Positions 1 to 14,257 of a stretch of 64,000 nt of DNA are shown here, in pieces (position 1 is the first letter of the stretch; every line of letters begins with the position of its first letter). Origin of the DNA: Eledone cirrhosa. Taxonomy: Eukaryota. The stretch covers positions 335,110,001 to 335,174,000 of the forward strand of contig OZ024740.1 of NCBI GenBank assembly GCA_964016885.1, given 5' to 3'. A program made the translations under genes and the position numbers. The notes under the pieces were generated by a model that did not search any database, was not told where the DNA came from, and worked only from the letters and a program-made list of their open reading frames with translations.

Positions 1-121
1 GCGTTAAACTAATATATTTATCCCTTGTACAGTGTTGTTTGATCTGTTGTATCTGTTTACCTCTTCAATACATATGTGGTATCTCTCTCTCTGTCTATGT
101 CTCTCTCTCTCTGTATATATA

Positions 122-155
<34 letters not shown>

Positions 156-162
<7 letters not shown>

Positions 163-425
163 AATATCAGTAGGCTGGACTGGTGTGATTCCTTAACATA
201 CTGAACACGGTCATTGAAATGTTCATAGTATATATAAACCTTTAAGGAATTACACCAGTCCAGCCTCCTGTTATTTTATAATAATTAACTCCGTACTCGC
301 ACCACCAACAACACAAACGAAGACGGGTGAGTTGCATTACGTCGAGTGCTCCCCCTAATATTACATCGAGGTTGACCATATGGAATGACGAGTTCTATCC
401 AGTGGTGGAACCAACAAACCTAAAT
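156..425 (+). mobile_element. PLE-like palindrome + tail (family D)
   Basis: Arms ~156-196 and 242-282, then a unique tail; TA flanks; very degenerate HHR-like core at ~198-231. Confidence 0.55.
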
Positions 426-1441
426 GTATATATATATATATAGTATATATTGTGTATGTTTATGTATGTGTATATATATATATACTAAGAGTGAGAAATG
501 AAATTTCGTTTAATTTTTTCCATATATATATACATTTATGTTTAGTATATATATTTATATTATATATATATGTGGTGTGTGTGCGTGTGCGTGTGCGTGT
601 GCGTGTGCGTGTGCGCGCGCGCGTGTGTGTGTGTGTGTGTGTCTATAAACTTGCGTGCTCATATGTTTGAGTTAGTAGATATTTTGCTTAGAGCATAAAT
701 AATAACACATGCATCCTGTTTACTTGAGCAGAAGGCGCAACATCAAAGCTGTGCCTTCTTTGATGGGGATGATCAGATGTAGAGTAGCTCACCATATCTG
801 CAATATCCCTAATTGAATTTTTCAAGTAGTCTAAACATACTACTGGTAATGATCGTGATGTTGATGTTGGAATTGTTGTTTAGGTGATGTTTGAAGTTGG
901 TGTGGGCGTTGGTACTGGGAGTGGAGGGTGTAGCCTATTGATTATACTACATGTGGTGGACATCCTATTTGTTGTGTTAATAGTGTTAGTGTTGATAACA
1001 GTATGTAGTTGTCTGGATATATTTAACTCTATTATACGTATGTACATGTAATAAATATACATATACATAAATATATATATATACGTGTGTATATATGTGT
1101 GCGTATAAAAAAGTATTAATCAGTATTTGTATATTTCCATAGTAAATGTGTATATACGCTGGCGTCAGTATGTCGATCGTAATTGGGGTATATTTCTGTA
1201 TATGGTTAAAGTGTTCAATACAACTACAAATCATATACGTCTGATATTATTACTATGGAAATTAAAATCTTGTTTTGCTTATGTTGAATTAGATATTTGA
1301 ATTAATTTTAGGATAGAATAATTTATGACTTTGCCTGCACACATATATACATATATAAAAACAAACATCCATACATACATACATACTTACATACATACAT
1401 ATATACATACATACATACTTACACACATACATACATGCATA

Positions 1442-2004
1442 CATGGTGGCTGCCAACTCGTTTTTCGAGTACGTACACTACGTTATATCCATGTAGGAGA
1501 ACCCCTACCGATGCGCTGAACGAGTGTGACTTTTCAGTCCAGCCAGCGACTTGAAAACTCTTGGTACAAACACTACACTTGTCGCAATTATTGACACAGT
1601 GCTGGGCCCATGGTAACATGGGGACGACAAGTGCAGAGAGATCTCCAGATATAAAGCAATGCCTGTGCCGTGAAGCTTTTATAGTGAGCAAAGGCACTGC
1701 ACAAAGCCAGTCCCACTCTCTTAACCAAGATGATATTTACCAAAAAGAAGAACAAGTCAACATCATTGGATACCATCAGGGTTGCAGGTGTTATATCAGA
1801 GTTTTCCTTCTCCTAGAATTCGGCCTTGACAAAGGCTAAGGGGTCATCTCTCCCGGTGATTTTGGATGGCCATTGACTCTTAAGAGCTCCTTTGCCCTTT
1901 GACAGGTTTTGTTTTTAGTCCTGCAGGATGTCCAAAGTCACCCTCCTCACCAAGAAACCTTGGTGGGGTTGCCAGTTTAGTCGCCAACGACCCGACCATG
2001 AGAC
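1442..2004 (-). mobile_element. Non-autonomous RTE-like element (~600 bp) in (CATA)n/(TATG)n
   Basis: Near-identical to 27943-28543 and 60289-60888; minus strand has an RTE-like 5' UTR motif CTAGGAGAAGGAAAACTCTGA and ends GGCAGCCACCATGTATG; no RT. The RTE assignment is from recalled motifs. Confidence 0.7.
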
Positions 2005-2474
2005 TTACACACATACATACATGCATACATATATACATACATAGATACATACAATACATAAGAATGTAATCAATTTGTATACTCATGTATGGACAGAGAA
2101 ACATATGCACATGTAAAGATATAACTTAAACCATACAGATCCACACATGCAATATCATTTATACCAGCGAGTGCACACGCCGAAAAATACAGGCATGATT
2201 TATATACCTAGTTTAAGTTGTATAAATTTCCAATGAAAGAATAATATTTCTACGTTAGACAACGTCTCTCTCTCTCTCTCTCTCACACACACTCTCTTAT
2301 TTTCTTTCTCGCTCTCTCTCTCTCCCTCTCACTCTCTCTCTATCTCACTCTCTCTCTCTCTCTCTCTCTGTTTGTGGATATTTATAAAACAATTTGTTTT
2401 GCAAGGTTTTTTATATGAAATAATTAAACCAAAAAAAAACACACACACACAGACACACACGCACACACACATAA

Positions 2475-2514
<40 letters not shown>

Positions 2515-2840
2515 GTGCGTGTATGCCAATTTAAAGCATCACAACATATACAATATATATGATAAATATGTTTCTCATTGAAAAAGCACATTGGTTGTTT
2601 GTCCAGAGCAGCAATAATTCAAATTTAAAATCATACATGCATATAGTAATATATCGTGAGAAAAACTAGTATTTCTACCTTAAAACATGAGATGTTTCAA
2701 ACATATTGTAATGAGTTTATATACAGATATTATATACACAAATATTATATGATTTGGTACAGAATACAAAAAGTTTCTCTAACGATATATAACTATACAC
2801 ATATATATTTTTTTTTATTGGAATATATATATTTATAAAT

Positions 2841-3033
2841 AACGAAGTAAATGTGGTAAGGAACCAGGTGGACCATAACGCACCAAAGTACTCAATACTT
2901 ACGGTAGTAGAGTAGGTAATAGGAACGAGTACGACCCCGACAGCTGAGCTCAAGCCGTATCGACGGCTAATTCTGGACTGAATTAGCCGTCGAAACTGCT
3001 TGAGCTCAGCCGTCGGGGTCCTACTCGTTCCTA

Positions 3034-3034
<1 letters not shown>
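2841..3034 (-). mobile_element. PLE family A palindromic mini-copy (inverted pLTR end + tail)
   Basis: Arms 2919-2974 and 2980-3034; tail matches 22535-22615; TA-rich flanks. Confidence 0.82.
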
Positions 3035-3091
<57 letters not shown>

Positions 3092-3094
<3 letters not shown>

Positions 3095-3738
3095 CCACAG
3101 TAAGTAAAGTACTCCGTAGTTACGCCTGGGTACAATCGGGGGGTAACAACAGTAAGTAAAGTACTCAGTAGTTACGCGTGGGTTCAATCGGATATAGCCA
3201 CAGCAAGTAAGATACTCAGTTGTTACGCCTGGGATCAATCGGGAGTAACAACAGTAAGTAAAGTACTCCGTAGTTACGCCTGGGTTCAATCAGGAGTAAC
3301 CACAGTAAGTAAAGTACTCCGTAGTTACGCCAGGGTTCAATCGGGGGTAACCACAGTAAGTAAAGTACTCCGTAGTTACGCCTGGGTTCAATCGGGGGTA
3401 ACCACAGTAAGTAAAGTACTCAGTAGTTACGCCTGCGTTGAATGAAGGGGTAACCACAGTAAGTAAAGTACTCAGTAGTTACGGCTGGGTTCAATCGGGG
3501 CGTAACCACAGTAAGTAAAGTACTCAGTAGTTACGCCTGCGTTCAATCGGGGGGTAACCAAATTATGTAAAGTACTCAGTAGTTACGCCTGGGTTCAATC
3601 GAGAGTAACCACAGTAAGTAAAGTACTCAGTAGTTACGCCTGGGTTCAATCGGGGGTAACCACAGCAAATAAGATACTCAGTAGTTACGCCTGGGCTCAA
3701 TCGGGGGTAACCATAATAAGTAAAGTACTCAGTAGTTA
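3092..3738. repeat. Minisatellite, ~51-bp unit, ~12.5 copies
   Basis: Unit aaccacagtaagtaaagtactcagtagttacgcctgggttcaatcgggggt; period read from 3246/3297/3348. Confidence 0.95.
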
Positions 3739-4389
3739 GAAGGTGTGGGGGTGAATTGTGGCTTCAAGAACATCAACTTTGTCCGTTCCCTTCTCGTTTC
3801 AATTTGGATTGCCTCGGGAACGTAACCTTATTATGTAAGATGCTGTGTAATGAGAGCATGGCACTGGGTACTTGAAATCGCGTGGCGACTGTCGTAATAG
3901 AAATACATATTACAGCCTTATCAATAAAGAATGTTATGAATAACATCTGAAACTACTTCGTATTTTAAATATATATATATATACATATATATGTGTGTGT
4001 GCGTGTGTGTGTGTGTGTATTTATATATATATATGTGTGTGTGTGTGTGTTATATATATATATTGTTCAATCATCTTACCAGAAGCCTGACATTATTTAT
4101 GTAAGCGGACGGTACTTGATTTAGGAGCCGCAGAAACCCAAATACTGGATTTTACCAACCTTCCAGGGGTCCGGGTAAATTTTCAATACCGAATTACTTG
4201 ATCGTTTTTTTTTGGCTATGCGAATTATTGTTTAACCATCGTCTCAGTGTGTTTGGCGTTTAACGTTTGTTATAGCTCTGGTTCATCTGAACCATTGAGC
4301 ACTTGCCTCACATCTCGGAGGTTGTTTTTCGTTGTTTCGTGGACCGAATGCGAATCTCGATAATTTATGTTTGTTTATATATATATATA

Positions 4390-4562
4390 TAGGAAAATGT
4401 TTAACCCCAACGGCAGAGCTCCACCCGTTTCGACGGCTATTTCTGGACGGCTATATCAGGTCCAGAAATAAACATTTTCCTATTACTCACTCTACTACCC
4501 TAAGTATTGAGTACTCTGTTGCGTTATGGTCCATCTGGTCCCTTACCACACCTCCTTCGTTA
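4390..4562 (+). mobile_element. PLE family A diverged palindromic mini-copy
   Basis: Same arm and tail sequences; right arm partly deleted; TA flanks. Confidence 0.75.
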
Positions 4563-4593
4563 TATATATATATATACATATATATATATACAC

Positions 4594-4990
<397 letters not shown>

Positions 4991-5073
4991 GACAAACCTT
5001 GCTCAATCTTGTGCCACAGAGGTAATCTTTCCAGGCGCAAAACCATGATCATTGGTGACCGATGGGAGCCTAC

Positions 5074-5158
<85 letters not shown>

Positions 5159-5514
5159 GAATATATGATATTATATTACGTTAACTTATATTATATAATA
5201 TTATATTATATTGGTATCTTGTGAATGTACAATTAAATAATGTCTACCATCCGAGTTGGTCAAGTGTCAATTAAATATCAGAGTTTAACTGCCGTTAGAC
5301 ATGGCTGGCAGAACTAAGCTATAAATCTCAGCCACGTCTGAATAAACGTTATCTAAATTCTGATTGTGTACAATCTTAACCACTTATCTGTAACCTCACA
5401 TGCAAATTCATACTCACATATCAATGGTAAAGACATACACAGATGCCCTTCTATCTATTGTATGTGTGAAAAGCTGTTTTCAATAAGTTTTTTTGCCTAT
5501 TTTGTGTGGTGAAG

Positions 5515-5630
<116 letters not shown>

Positions 5631-5823
5631 GTTACATGTATATATACATGGAATTATATATATAAATATATGTCCCAAGGCTCTGAAACTATCAACACCA
5701 AAAACACAGAGCTGGCATATCTAAGAACTGACTAACTGCCTGATGAAGTCATAGCCATTCAATGGCTAATATATATAGCAGTAAATAAAGGATTGTGAGT
5801 TTATGCAATTGACTTATGTTTCG

Positions 5824-5865
<42 letters not shown>

Positions 5866-5960
5866 AAATTAAATTAAGGATGCCATGTCGAAGAGAAATG
5901 CGCCATATCCACTGTAGAATATGCTCCAAGATTCCAATGAATAGATCCGAGCATTTTATA

Positions 5961-6584
5961 TTAACAAGATTTTTATTCACATATATATATATATATATCT
6001 AAAATAAACATATGAAACAATCACAGGGAATAATTTATAAAAGTGTGTAAGCACACATGGCTAGGTAGGTAACTAATTAAAGTTTAACTAGTACTTCAAA
6101 AATAGATACCTTATAAATTCATTAATCTTCCTTGTATATATTTCATTAAAGAAATATATTTCACCATTAATCGATCGGTAAACCACAGTAGCCAAATCAC
6201 GGATTTTTAACAAGGGAGAAGATCTAACTATCTGTGTTTACACAGAAAATTCAAAACTGCGAATGACTAACAGCACGTGTAGTATTTTTTAAAAATACAC
6301 ACATCGTACCAGCTTCATCCCAGTGGCGTGAATATGGTTATCGACAACTAGAAATAGCAGCCGAGTCCTTTCAACTGAGTTAGCTCTACAATTAAGGGGC
6401 CGTGTATATATCCAAAATTAAATTGAGGGTGTCATGTCGGAGAGACATGTGCCATATCCAATTTTTGAAGTTCTAGTTAAATTTTAATTAGTTACCTACC
6501 TAGCTATGTGTGCTTACACACTTTTAGAAATTATTCCCTGTGATGTTTATTTTAGATATATATATATATGTCAATCAATTTCTC

Positions 6585-6590
<6 letters not shown>
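5961..6590. repeat. Inverted repeat (arms ~5961-6103 and 6461-6590) plus 46-bp direct repeat (5865-5911 and 6414-6460)
   Basis: Direct comparison of the arms. Confidence 0.8.
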
Positions 6591-6632
<42 letters not shown>

Positions 6633-6637
<5 letters not shown>

Positions 6638-6825
6638 AACGAGTAGGACCCCGACGGCTGAGCTCAAGCCGTTTCGACGGCTAATTCTGGACCAGAATTA
6701 GCCGTCGAAACGGCTTGAGCTCAGCCGTCGGGGTCCTACTCGTTCCTATTACCCACTCTACTACCCTAAGTATTGAGTACTTTGGTGCGTTATGGTCCAC
6801 CTGGTTCCTTACCACATTTCCTCCG

Positions 6826-6828
<3 letters not shown>
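6633..6828 (+). mobile_element. PLE family A palindromic mini-copy
   Basis: Perfect arms 6633-6689 and 6693-6749 plus an ~80-bp tail, inside (TA)n. Confidence 0.88.
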
Positions 6829-6870
<42 letters not shown>

Positions 6871-6913
6871 AAAATAAACAAAGAGGCTTTCAATACATCA
6901 AAAGTCTTTATTA

Positions 6914-6954
6914 GCCAACAATGTTTCGTCCCATTAATAAGGACTCATCAGGGC
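6914..6954 (-). ncRNA. Minimal type I HHR, intact core
   Basis: Reverse complement GCC-CUGAUGA-GUCCUUAUUAAUGGGAC-GAAA-CAUUG-UU-GGC. Confidence 0.8.
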
Positions 6955-7382
6955 AAGCAAAGAGACAAGAAGCATTAACGGCCAGAACAAGCCAAAACTC
7001 AGAAGAATAGGGAATTGATATTTATGAAAGCTTAGAAAAGATACCAAGGAAAAGCATGCTAAACCTAAAAGTGTGCAGTTACATATATAGACTATAGGGC
7101 ATGAAAGCAGTCAAGTTTGCAATTTTCAAAAGCAAACTTGACTGTCACCACATATTATGAACCTGAAGATTGCGAAAGCATGAAAGTACTTGTTCAATTA
7201 ACACTTAGAATTTAATATTCTATCATACTATTTCATTATAATACCATTATAAATTTTAAAGGATTGTAAATAAAACGAGTAAATCAGACAAAGTTGGAAT
7301 TCCTCATATTAATATAATCTTCTATACAGAATCATACACACCCGTGTATATTTATCTATCTATATATATATATATATATGTT

Positions 7383-7449
<67 letters not shown>

Positions 7450-7969
7450 TTAAATATGTATGTATTTAGAATACATTAACCAATACACAGTCACCCAATC
7501 ACGAACACACATCAAACAAAACACTATACACACACGCAAACGCATGCGCAAAGAAGACAAAATAAAATAAACAAATAAATAAATATATAATCAGACTAAA
7601 TAAAGATGGCGTAAAAAATACAATGTAACGGGAGGAAACAATAGCACCACTGACGATGTTGCAGATGTGCAACGAAATAACTTTTATAAACTATAGATAT
7701 GTGTTTGTGTCTATATTGGATCTGTATTATTTTTTACCGTTGGTCAGTCAATGGCAACATTGAGGACCGAATAAATTAGATTACCGATATAAAAGATACA
7801 GAAGCGAAAAGCGAAAACCAACCATACAGTGAGTGTGTTCTGTTATTAATTCTGGGAATATTACACAAATATGAGCCTCCCCAAGTATAACAATATTTGT
7901 TTCGACACACGATTTCATATCAAAAACCTCACAAAACTAATTCATCGCCGTTATTTAAATATATACATG

Positions 7970-8034
<65 letters not shown>

Positions 8035-8036
<2 letters not shown>

Positions 8037-8246
8037 TTACACATCCGTTTGTTGACCATACGGAGACCAATTGCTTCACCTTAGCGGATCCTCAGCTTCT
8101 CAGCGCATTACGAGCTGAGGATCCGCTAAGGTGAAACAATTGTTCTCGGTATGGTGAACTAACTGTTGTGTAACTACTTCTACCTAATTTGCCCCATGGA
8201 CTGAGTGCTCTACCACTACGGATATTACCTTCCAGTCTTCTACCTA
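8035..8246 (+). mobile_element. PLE-like palindrome + tail (family C)
   Basis: Arms 8036-8097 and 8113-8174 contain an HHR; tail follows; inside (TA)n. Confidence 0.75.
8111..8148 (+). ncRNA. Minimal type I HHR (family C)
   Basis: CGAG-CUGAGGA-UCCGCUAAGGU-GAA-ACAAUUGU-U-CUCG; palindromic stem III, weak stem II. Confidence 0.72.
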
Positions 8247-8250
8247 TAAA

Positions 8251-8337
<87 letters not shown>

Positions 8338-8339
8338 TA

Positions 8340-9511
8340 CAGTTCCTTAGCTTTTCTTAGAACTAAATGCCTGTTGAAAAAGTGACTTCCTTGTTCGATC
8401 ATCATACCAAAGCTCAACATTATTTGTTTAAGCATACAGTACCTGATTTAGGAGTTGCAGAAACCCCATATTGGATTTTACCACCGTTTCCAGGAGTCCA
8501 GGTATGATTTTGAATCATATTTTATTATTTGTTTGACCCGAATAGCTTTCGCTTCTATGACTCTGCGGTTAATGGTTTAACAATCGTCTCAGTGTGTTTG
8601 GCCTTTTAACGTATGTTGTTCCTCTGTTTCACTCGTTTCTTTGGAGCGCTTGCCACATATCTCGGTAGTTGTTTTTAGCTAATTTACAATAGCCGGAATG
8701 CGATTCTCGCTAATTTATATTTGTATTAATCTCCAGAGTCTAGCTATTAACCAGTTAATTTTTTTGATTTTTTTAGTTAATTCTATTGACTGATTAATAG
8801 CTTATGTTAATTTTAAAAACTATTCTGTCGAGAGCTTAATTTGTTTTGCGATATTTTGCAATTTTGCAATAACGACACATACTGAATTCATCTGCCAAGA
8901 CTAAGGGTTCTCTCCCTTCTGACCCCCCACCTAGGTTCAGATAACGGTCAGTTCCTTAGCTTTGCATAGAACTAAATGCCTGTTGAAAAAGTGACTTCCT
9001 TGTTCGATAATCATACCAAAAGCTTGGGTTGGCAGTATCGGTAGAGGGTCGGATGCCATGCTTTGACGCATAGAGTTACGGCCATTGCCATTATGAGTTC
9101 AAATCCCGCCGAGGTTAACTTTGCCTTTCCTCCTTACGGGGTCGATAAAATAAAGTACCAGTAATGCACTGGGCTAATTGCTGGCCTTGTGCCAAAAGTA
9201 GAAACAATTATTTGTTTAAGCAGACAGTACCTGATTTAGGAGTTGGCAAAACCCCATATTGGATTTTACCACCGTTTCAAGGGGTACGGATATAATTTTC
9301 AATCATATTTTAGTATCTGTTTGACCCGAATAGCTTGGTCGCTTCTACGGCTCTGCGGTTAATGGTTTAACCATCGTCTCCGTGTGTATGGCCCTTTAAC
9401 GTATGTTGTTGCTCGAGTTCACTCGTTTTTATGGGGCGTTTGCCACACATCTAGGAAGTTGTTTTTCGCTGATTTCCAATAGCCGAAATGCGATCCTCGC
9501 TAATTTATATT

Positions 9512-9513
<2 letters not shown>
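8340..9513 (+). repeat. Family G repeat as a direct tandem (8340-8728 and 8949-9513); other copies at 4062-4376 and ~42880-43095
   Basis: Shared blocks tttaaccatcgtctcagtgtgtttgg and gaatgcgattctcgctaatttatattt; copies are associated with (TA)n. Confidence 0.75.
9026..9212 (+). mobile_element. Same SINE family, nested in a family G repeat
   Basis: Homologous to 15612-15795; absent from the sister repeat at 8340-8728. Confidence 0.82.
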
Positions 9514-9583
<70 letters not shown>

Positions 9584-9590
9584 TATATAG

Positions 9591-9631
<41 letters not shown>

Positions 9632-9638
9632 TATATAG

Positions 9639-9741
<103 letters not shown>

Positions 9742-9964
9742 TATATTTATATATATATAACTATATATATATATGTATATATGTATATACATCTATATAT
9801 TCCATAGATTTCAACAGTCGCTCTGATTATTCTTCCATTTTCCCACCACTTGTTTGTAATATGCACACGCACATACGTAAACACACACATACATATGTAT
9901 ATATAATTATATATATATGTACATGTGTGTGTGAGTGTATCTGATTGTATGTGTGTGTGTATCT

Positions 9965-10092
<128 letters not shown>

Positions 10093-11442
10093 GTGTAGCT
10101 ATATTCATGGGTGCCTATATAATTTAGATGTTTATCTAACCCTGAATTAGATATCAAACGTTTCTTAAGCCTTAGACTGCGGCCTTTATATAATGAGCAA
10201 AAACACAATTTATTATAATCACCTATATACTAACTCCAAATAATTGACGAGATGCTGATGGATGAAACGTATTTAGTCTTATGTCTTCTTATATAGAAAT
10301 GAGCTTTTCAACGATACGTTGCAACGGAAAACTCTCCAAAATTAGCCTACATTAGCTACAGCTCATTTAGAATAGTGTCAACCATTTTCTATTACCTCAA
10401 CTACAATTTTCATTCACTTGTCCCTCTTGCAATCAGTCAGTTCTCATGCTGTTTTTAATAATAGCGTCATTTACCAATAAAACGTGTATTTAACCAAATT
10501 AAACGGTAGACAATAAGACTAATCAGAACTATATTGAAGTTTTTGATCATGAATATTCAAGATTAAATTAGACATACATATGATGTTTCGATTAATATAT
10601 ATGTTACAAAGGTTTTATTATTCGTAGATCTAAAGTGCCGTTTGTTTTTGTGTTGTAAGATGAAGTAGAGAAACCATCTCAGATATCAATCCATATTATT
10701 TTTTAGCGGTGGATGGTCGGTAACTGAATCAACACAGCGTCTAGACAACAAATTCTGTTTAATAGATTCTTTTTTCTATTGAAATATAGAATGCATGACT
10801 ACATCAAATCAATGTTAGAAAATTACCTATTCTTCAGGCAACGAATGAAGATGGTATGAGGTCGTCCAGCCTGGTAGAAAGTGAAAGCAAACTTCTATAC
10901 TCTTTCGGAATATCCCTTACGGAATGGAAATTACATTGCAGAATCCTCTTGCGGATACACAAAAAAGACTAAATGATCATGGGCTTTGAAAATAAGCCTC
11001 ATCCATTAGGGTTGACCTAGAGCAATTACATCTTATTTATGTTCCTGTGTTTATTTACAAGAAAAAAAATAAGACATACCACACTTCATGGCACACATAT
11101 TCATCCTATTTTAAGAAGGAAAAAATGAATTGTTCCAATCAATACAAGCGACCACTCCCCAAAGACATAAAAGTCTATTCGCCAAACGGCCAATACAAAC
11201 TTCCTGTTCAAAAGAAAATAATTTCCCTCTGTCTTTTCTTCTGAAAAAATAATATAGAATTCAATATCTCAAAATAGACAAACTAAAGTCTCTCTCTATC
11301 TCTCTCATATATATATATGTTGCTCATAGACGAATCTGCGTGCACAAGAAATAAAGGTTCATCTTCCTGTAAATTTGTATATCTCGTCATGTTTGTGTTC
11401 AATGTATGTACGTGTGAGTATGTATGAATACGTCTATGTATA

Positions 11443-11474
<32 letters not shown>

Positions 11475-11536
11475 CATATACATCTGTACATATATGTATA
11501 TGTGTGTGTGTATAAGAGTATATATATATATATACA

Positions 11537-11573
<37 letters not shown>

Positions 11574-11642
11574 TTTATATATATATATATTTATACATAT
11601 ATATATATATACATATGTACATATATGTGTGTGTGTATCTGA

Positions 11643-11693
<51 letters not shown>

Positions 11694-11746
11694 CATATAT
11701 ATATACATATGTACATATATGTGTGTGTGTATGTGTGTGTATGTGA

Positions 11747-11783
<37 letters not shown>

Positions 11784-12270
11784 CTATCAACGGTTAAACT
11801 AATATATTTCTGCAGTGTTCCGTGTCGTTTCGATTTTTGTTTAATTCCTGCACACACACACACACATACACGCCCCCCCCCCCCCCCCCCACATAAATAT
11901 TCAATATTTATAGAGGTAGAATAAAATGAATGAATTGGTGGGGTTGGTGAGATAATCTGCCAGGATAATCACTCTCCTAATAAAGAAGGTAGTTATATGT
12001 AAAAGCCAAACTCTTAAATAGATAGATGTTCGCGGCTGTCTTATTGAACTGTCTCATTGTATTTAATAACATAGTAATGCCCCGTCGGATACCGTCTATG
12101 TAATACCAATTCATATTTTTACGAACACAGCAGACGTAGAATGCTTAAGAACCATTAAACCATGATTCCCTGATTGCCGCGAATAAGAGCAACATGGATA
12201 ATCACCTAACACAGATATTTCAACATATCTATCTATCTATCTGTCTATCTAACTACCTTTCTTATATATA

Positions 12271-13204
<934 letters not shown>

Positions 13205-13258
13205 TTATTAATAATGGATCGGAGGCCATATTCAGTTGATTCAGGTTTATTTAAAACT

Positions 13259-13317
13259 CCGTTATACGTATTTCACTGAGGACTTTTATTTAAGTGTCGC
13301 CTGCTCTCTTCAGACGG
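13259..13317 (-). ncRNA. Type I HHR with irregular stem II
   Basis: Reverse complement CCGU-CUGAAGA-...-GAA-AUACGUAU-A-ACGG; palindromic stem III. Confidence 0.62.
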
Positions 13318-14027
13318 CAAAACTTAAAATAAACATTGAAAGTTCCTTAGAAACCTCCGGGAAAATCCGATAATTACCCCTGAAATCATTATCTTTTCAT
13401 GATACAGATGTCCGGCCGAACGCGTGGTGTTGTTTCTTCGACGGCCGGCCCCTGTATGATCCCAAATAGTGTGGCGGAATTTTTTTATCAGTTTAGGAAG
13501 TAACGAAAACGGCTGGTAGACATTCTCCCTCCCCTCTCTATCAGCAGTTGTTCTAATAGTAGTGACAGCGGCTGCTATAATAGTAGTGACATTCATCTCC
13601 TTCTATCCCCATAGTTCCCATACGATTGTGAATATTATAACCGATACCAAAGTTAACTATATAAGACATAGATTAAAATAAAATAAATAAACTAATTAAT
13701 TAATTAAGAACAAACGAATAGGTTATATTAAAGTGGATAGATAGGTGGGAAAGAGATGATTATAATGAAAGAAAACTCATAATGAGAAAATTAAAAAGTA
13801 AAGAAATAGCTGCCTGTAGGCCTAGGCTATAAACCAAAGTGTAGGTGTAGATGTTGTATAGTTATAGTTTAACTGGTTCGAAATAGTTGAAAGCTTGTTA
13901 GCCGTACACCTCGCTAGTTCCCAGCTTGATCAAGCTGTACGGATTACATCCAGCTGTCCGATTTCCCGGCTCTCCGAAGACTCAGGCACTCGATGAGCCG
14001 AACGTGAGAGTGAAATCTTACGATATA

Positions 14028-14257
14028 CAGGGTGGCCACTGACAAATTTGTTCATTTTCAATCTTTTTTATAATTATTTTTTTTATTTTTTTAATTTTAG
14101 TTATAGAGCTTCTCTTGTTGTTTTTCACACATAATATTGAAAAAAAAAAACGTTAATTATATTTCCAAATATTCGGCCGGCCCCTTGTATCATGAAAAAA
14201 AAAAAATGTAAAAGTTATTTTTGTTTTATATCATTCACTCTTTCAGTGGCCACCCTA
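14028..14257. mobile_element. Tc1/mariner-type MITE
   Basis: TIRs CAGGGTGGCCACTGA ... TCAGTGGCCACCCT(A) with TA on both sides. Confidence 0.8.

Noticed and set aside
3092-3738. CRISPR-like array
   Set aside because: The whole unit repeats with no unique spacers, there are no cas genes, and the context is eukaryotic.
11325-11370. Candidate iGluR exon EDEPLFLVH after a minus-strand AG
   Set aside because: No donor site and no convincing similarity; runs into microsatellite.
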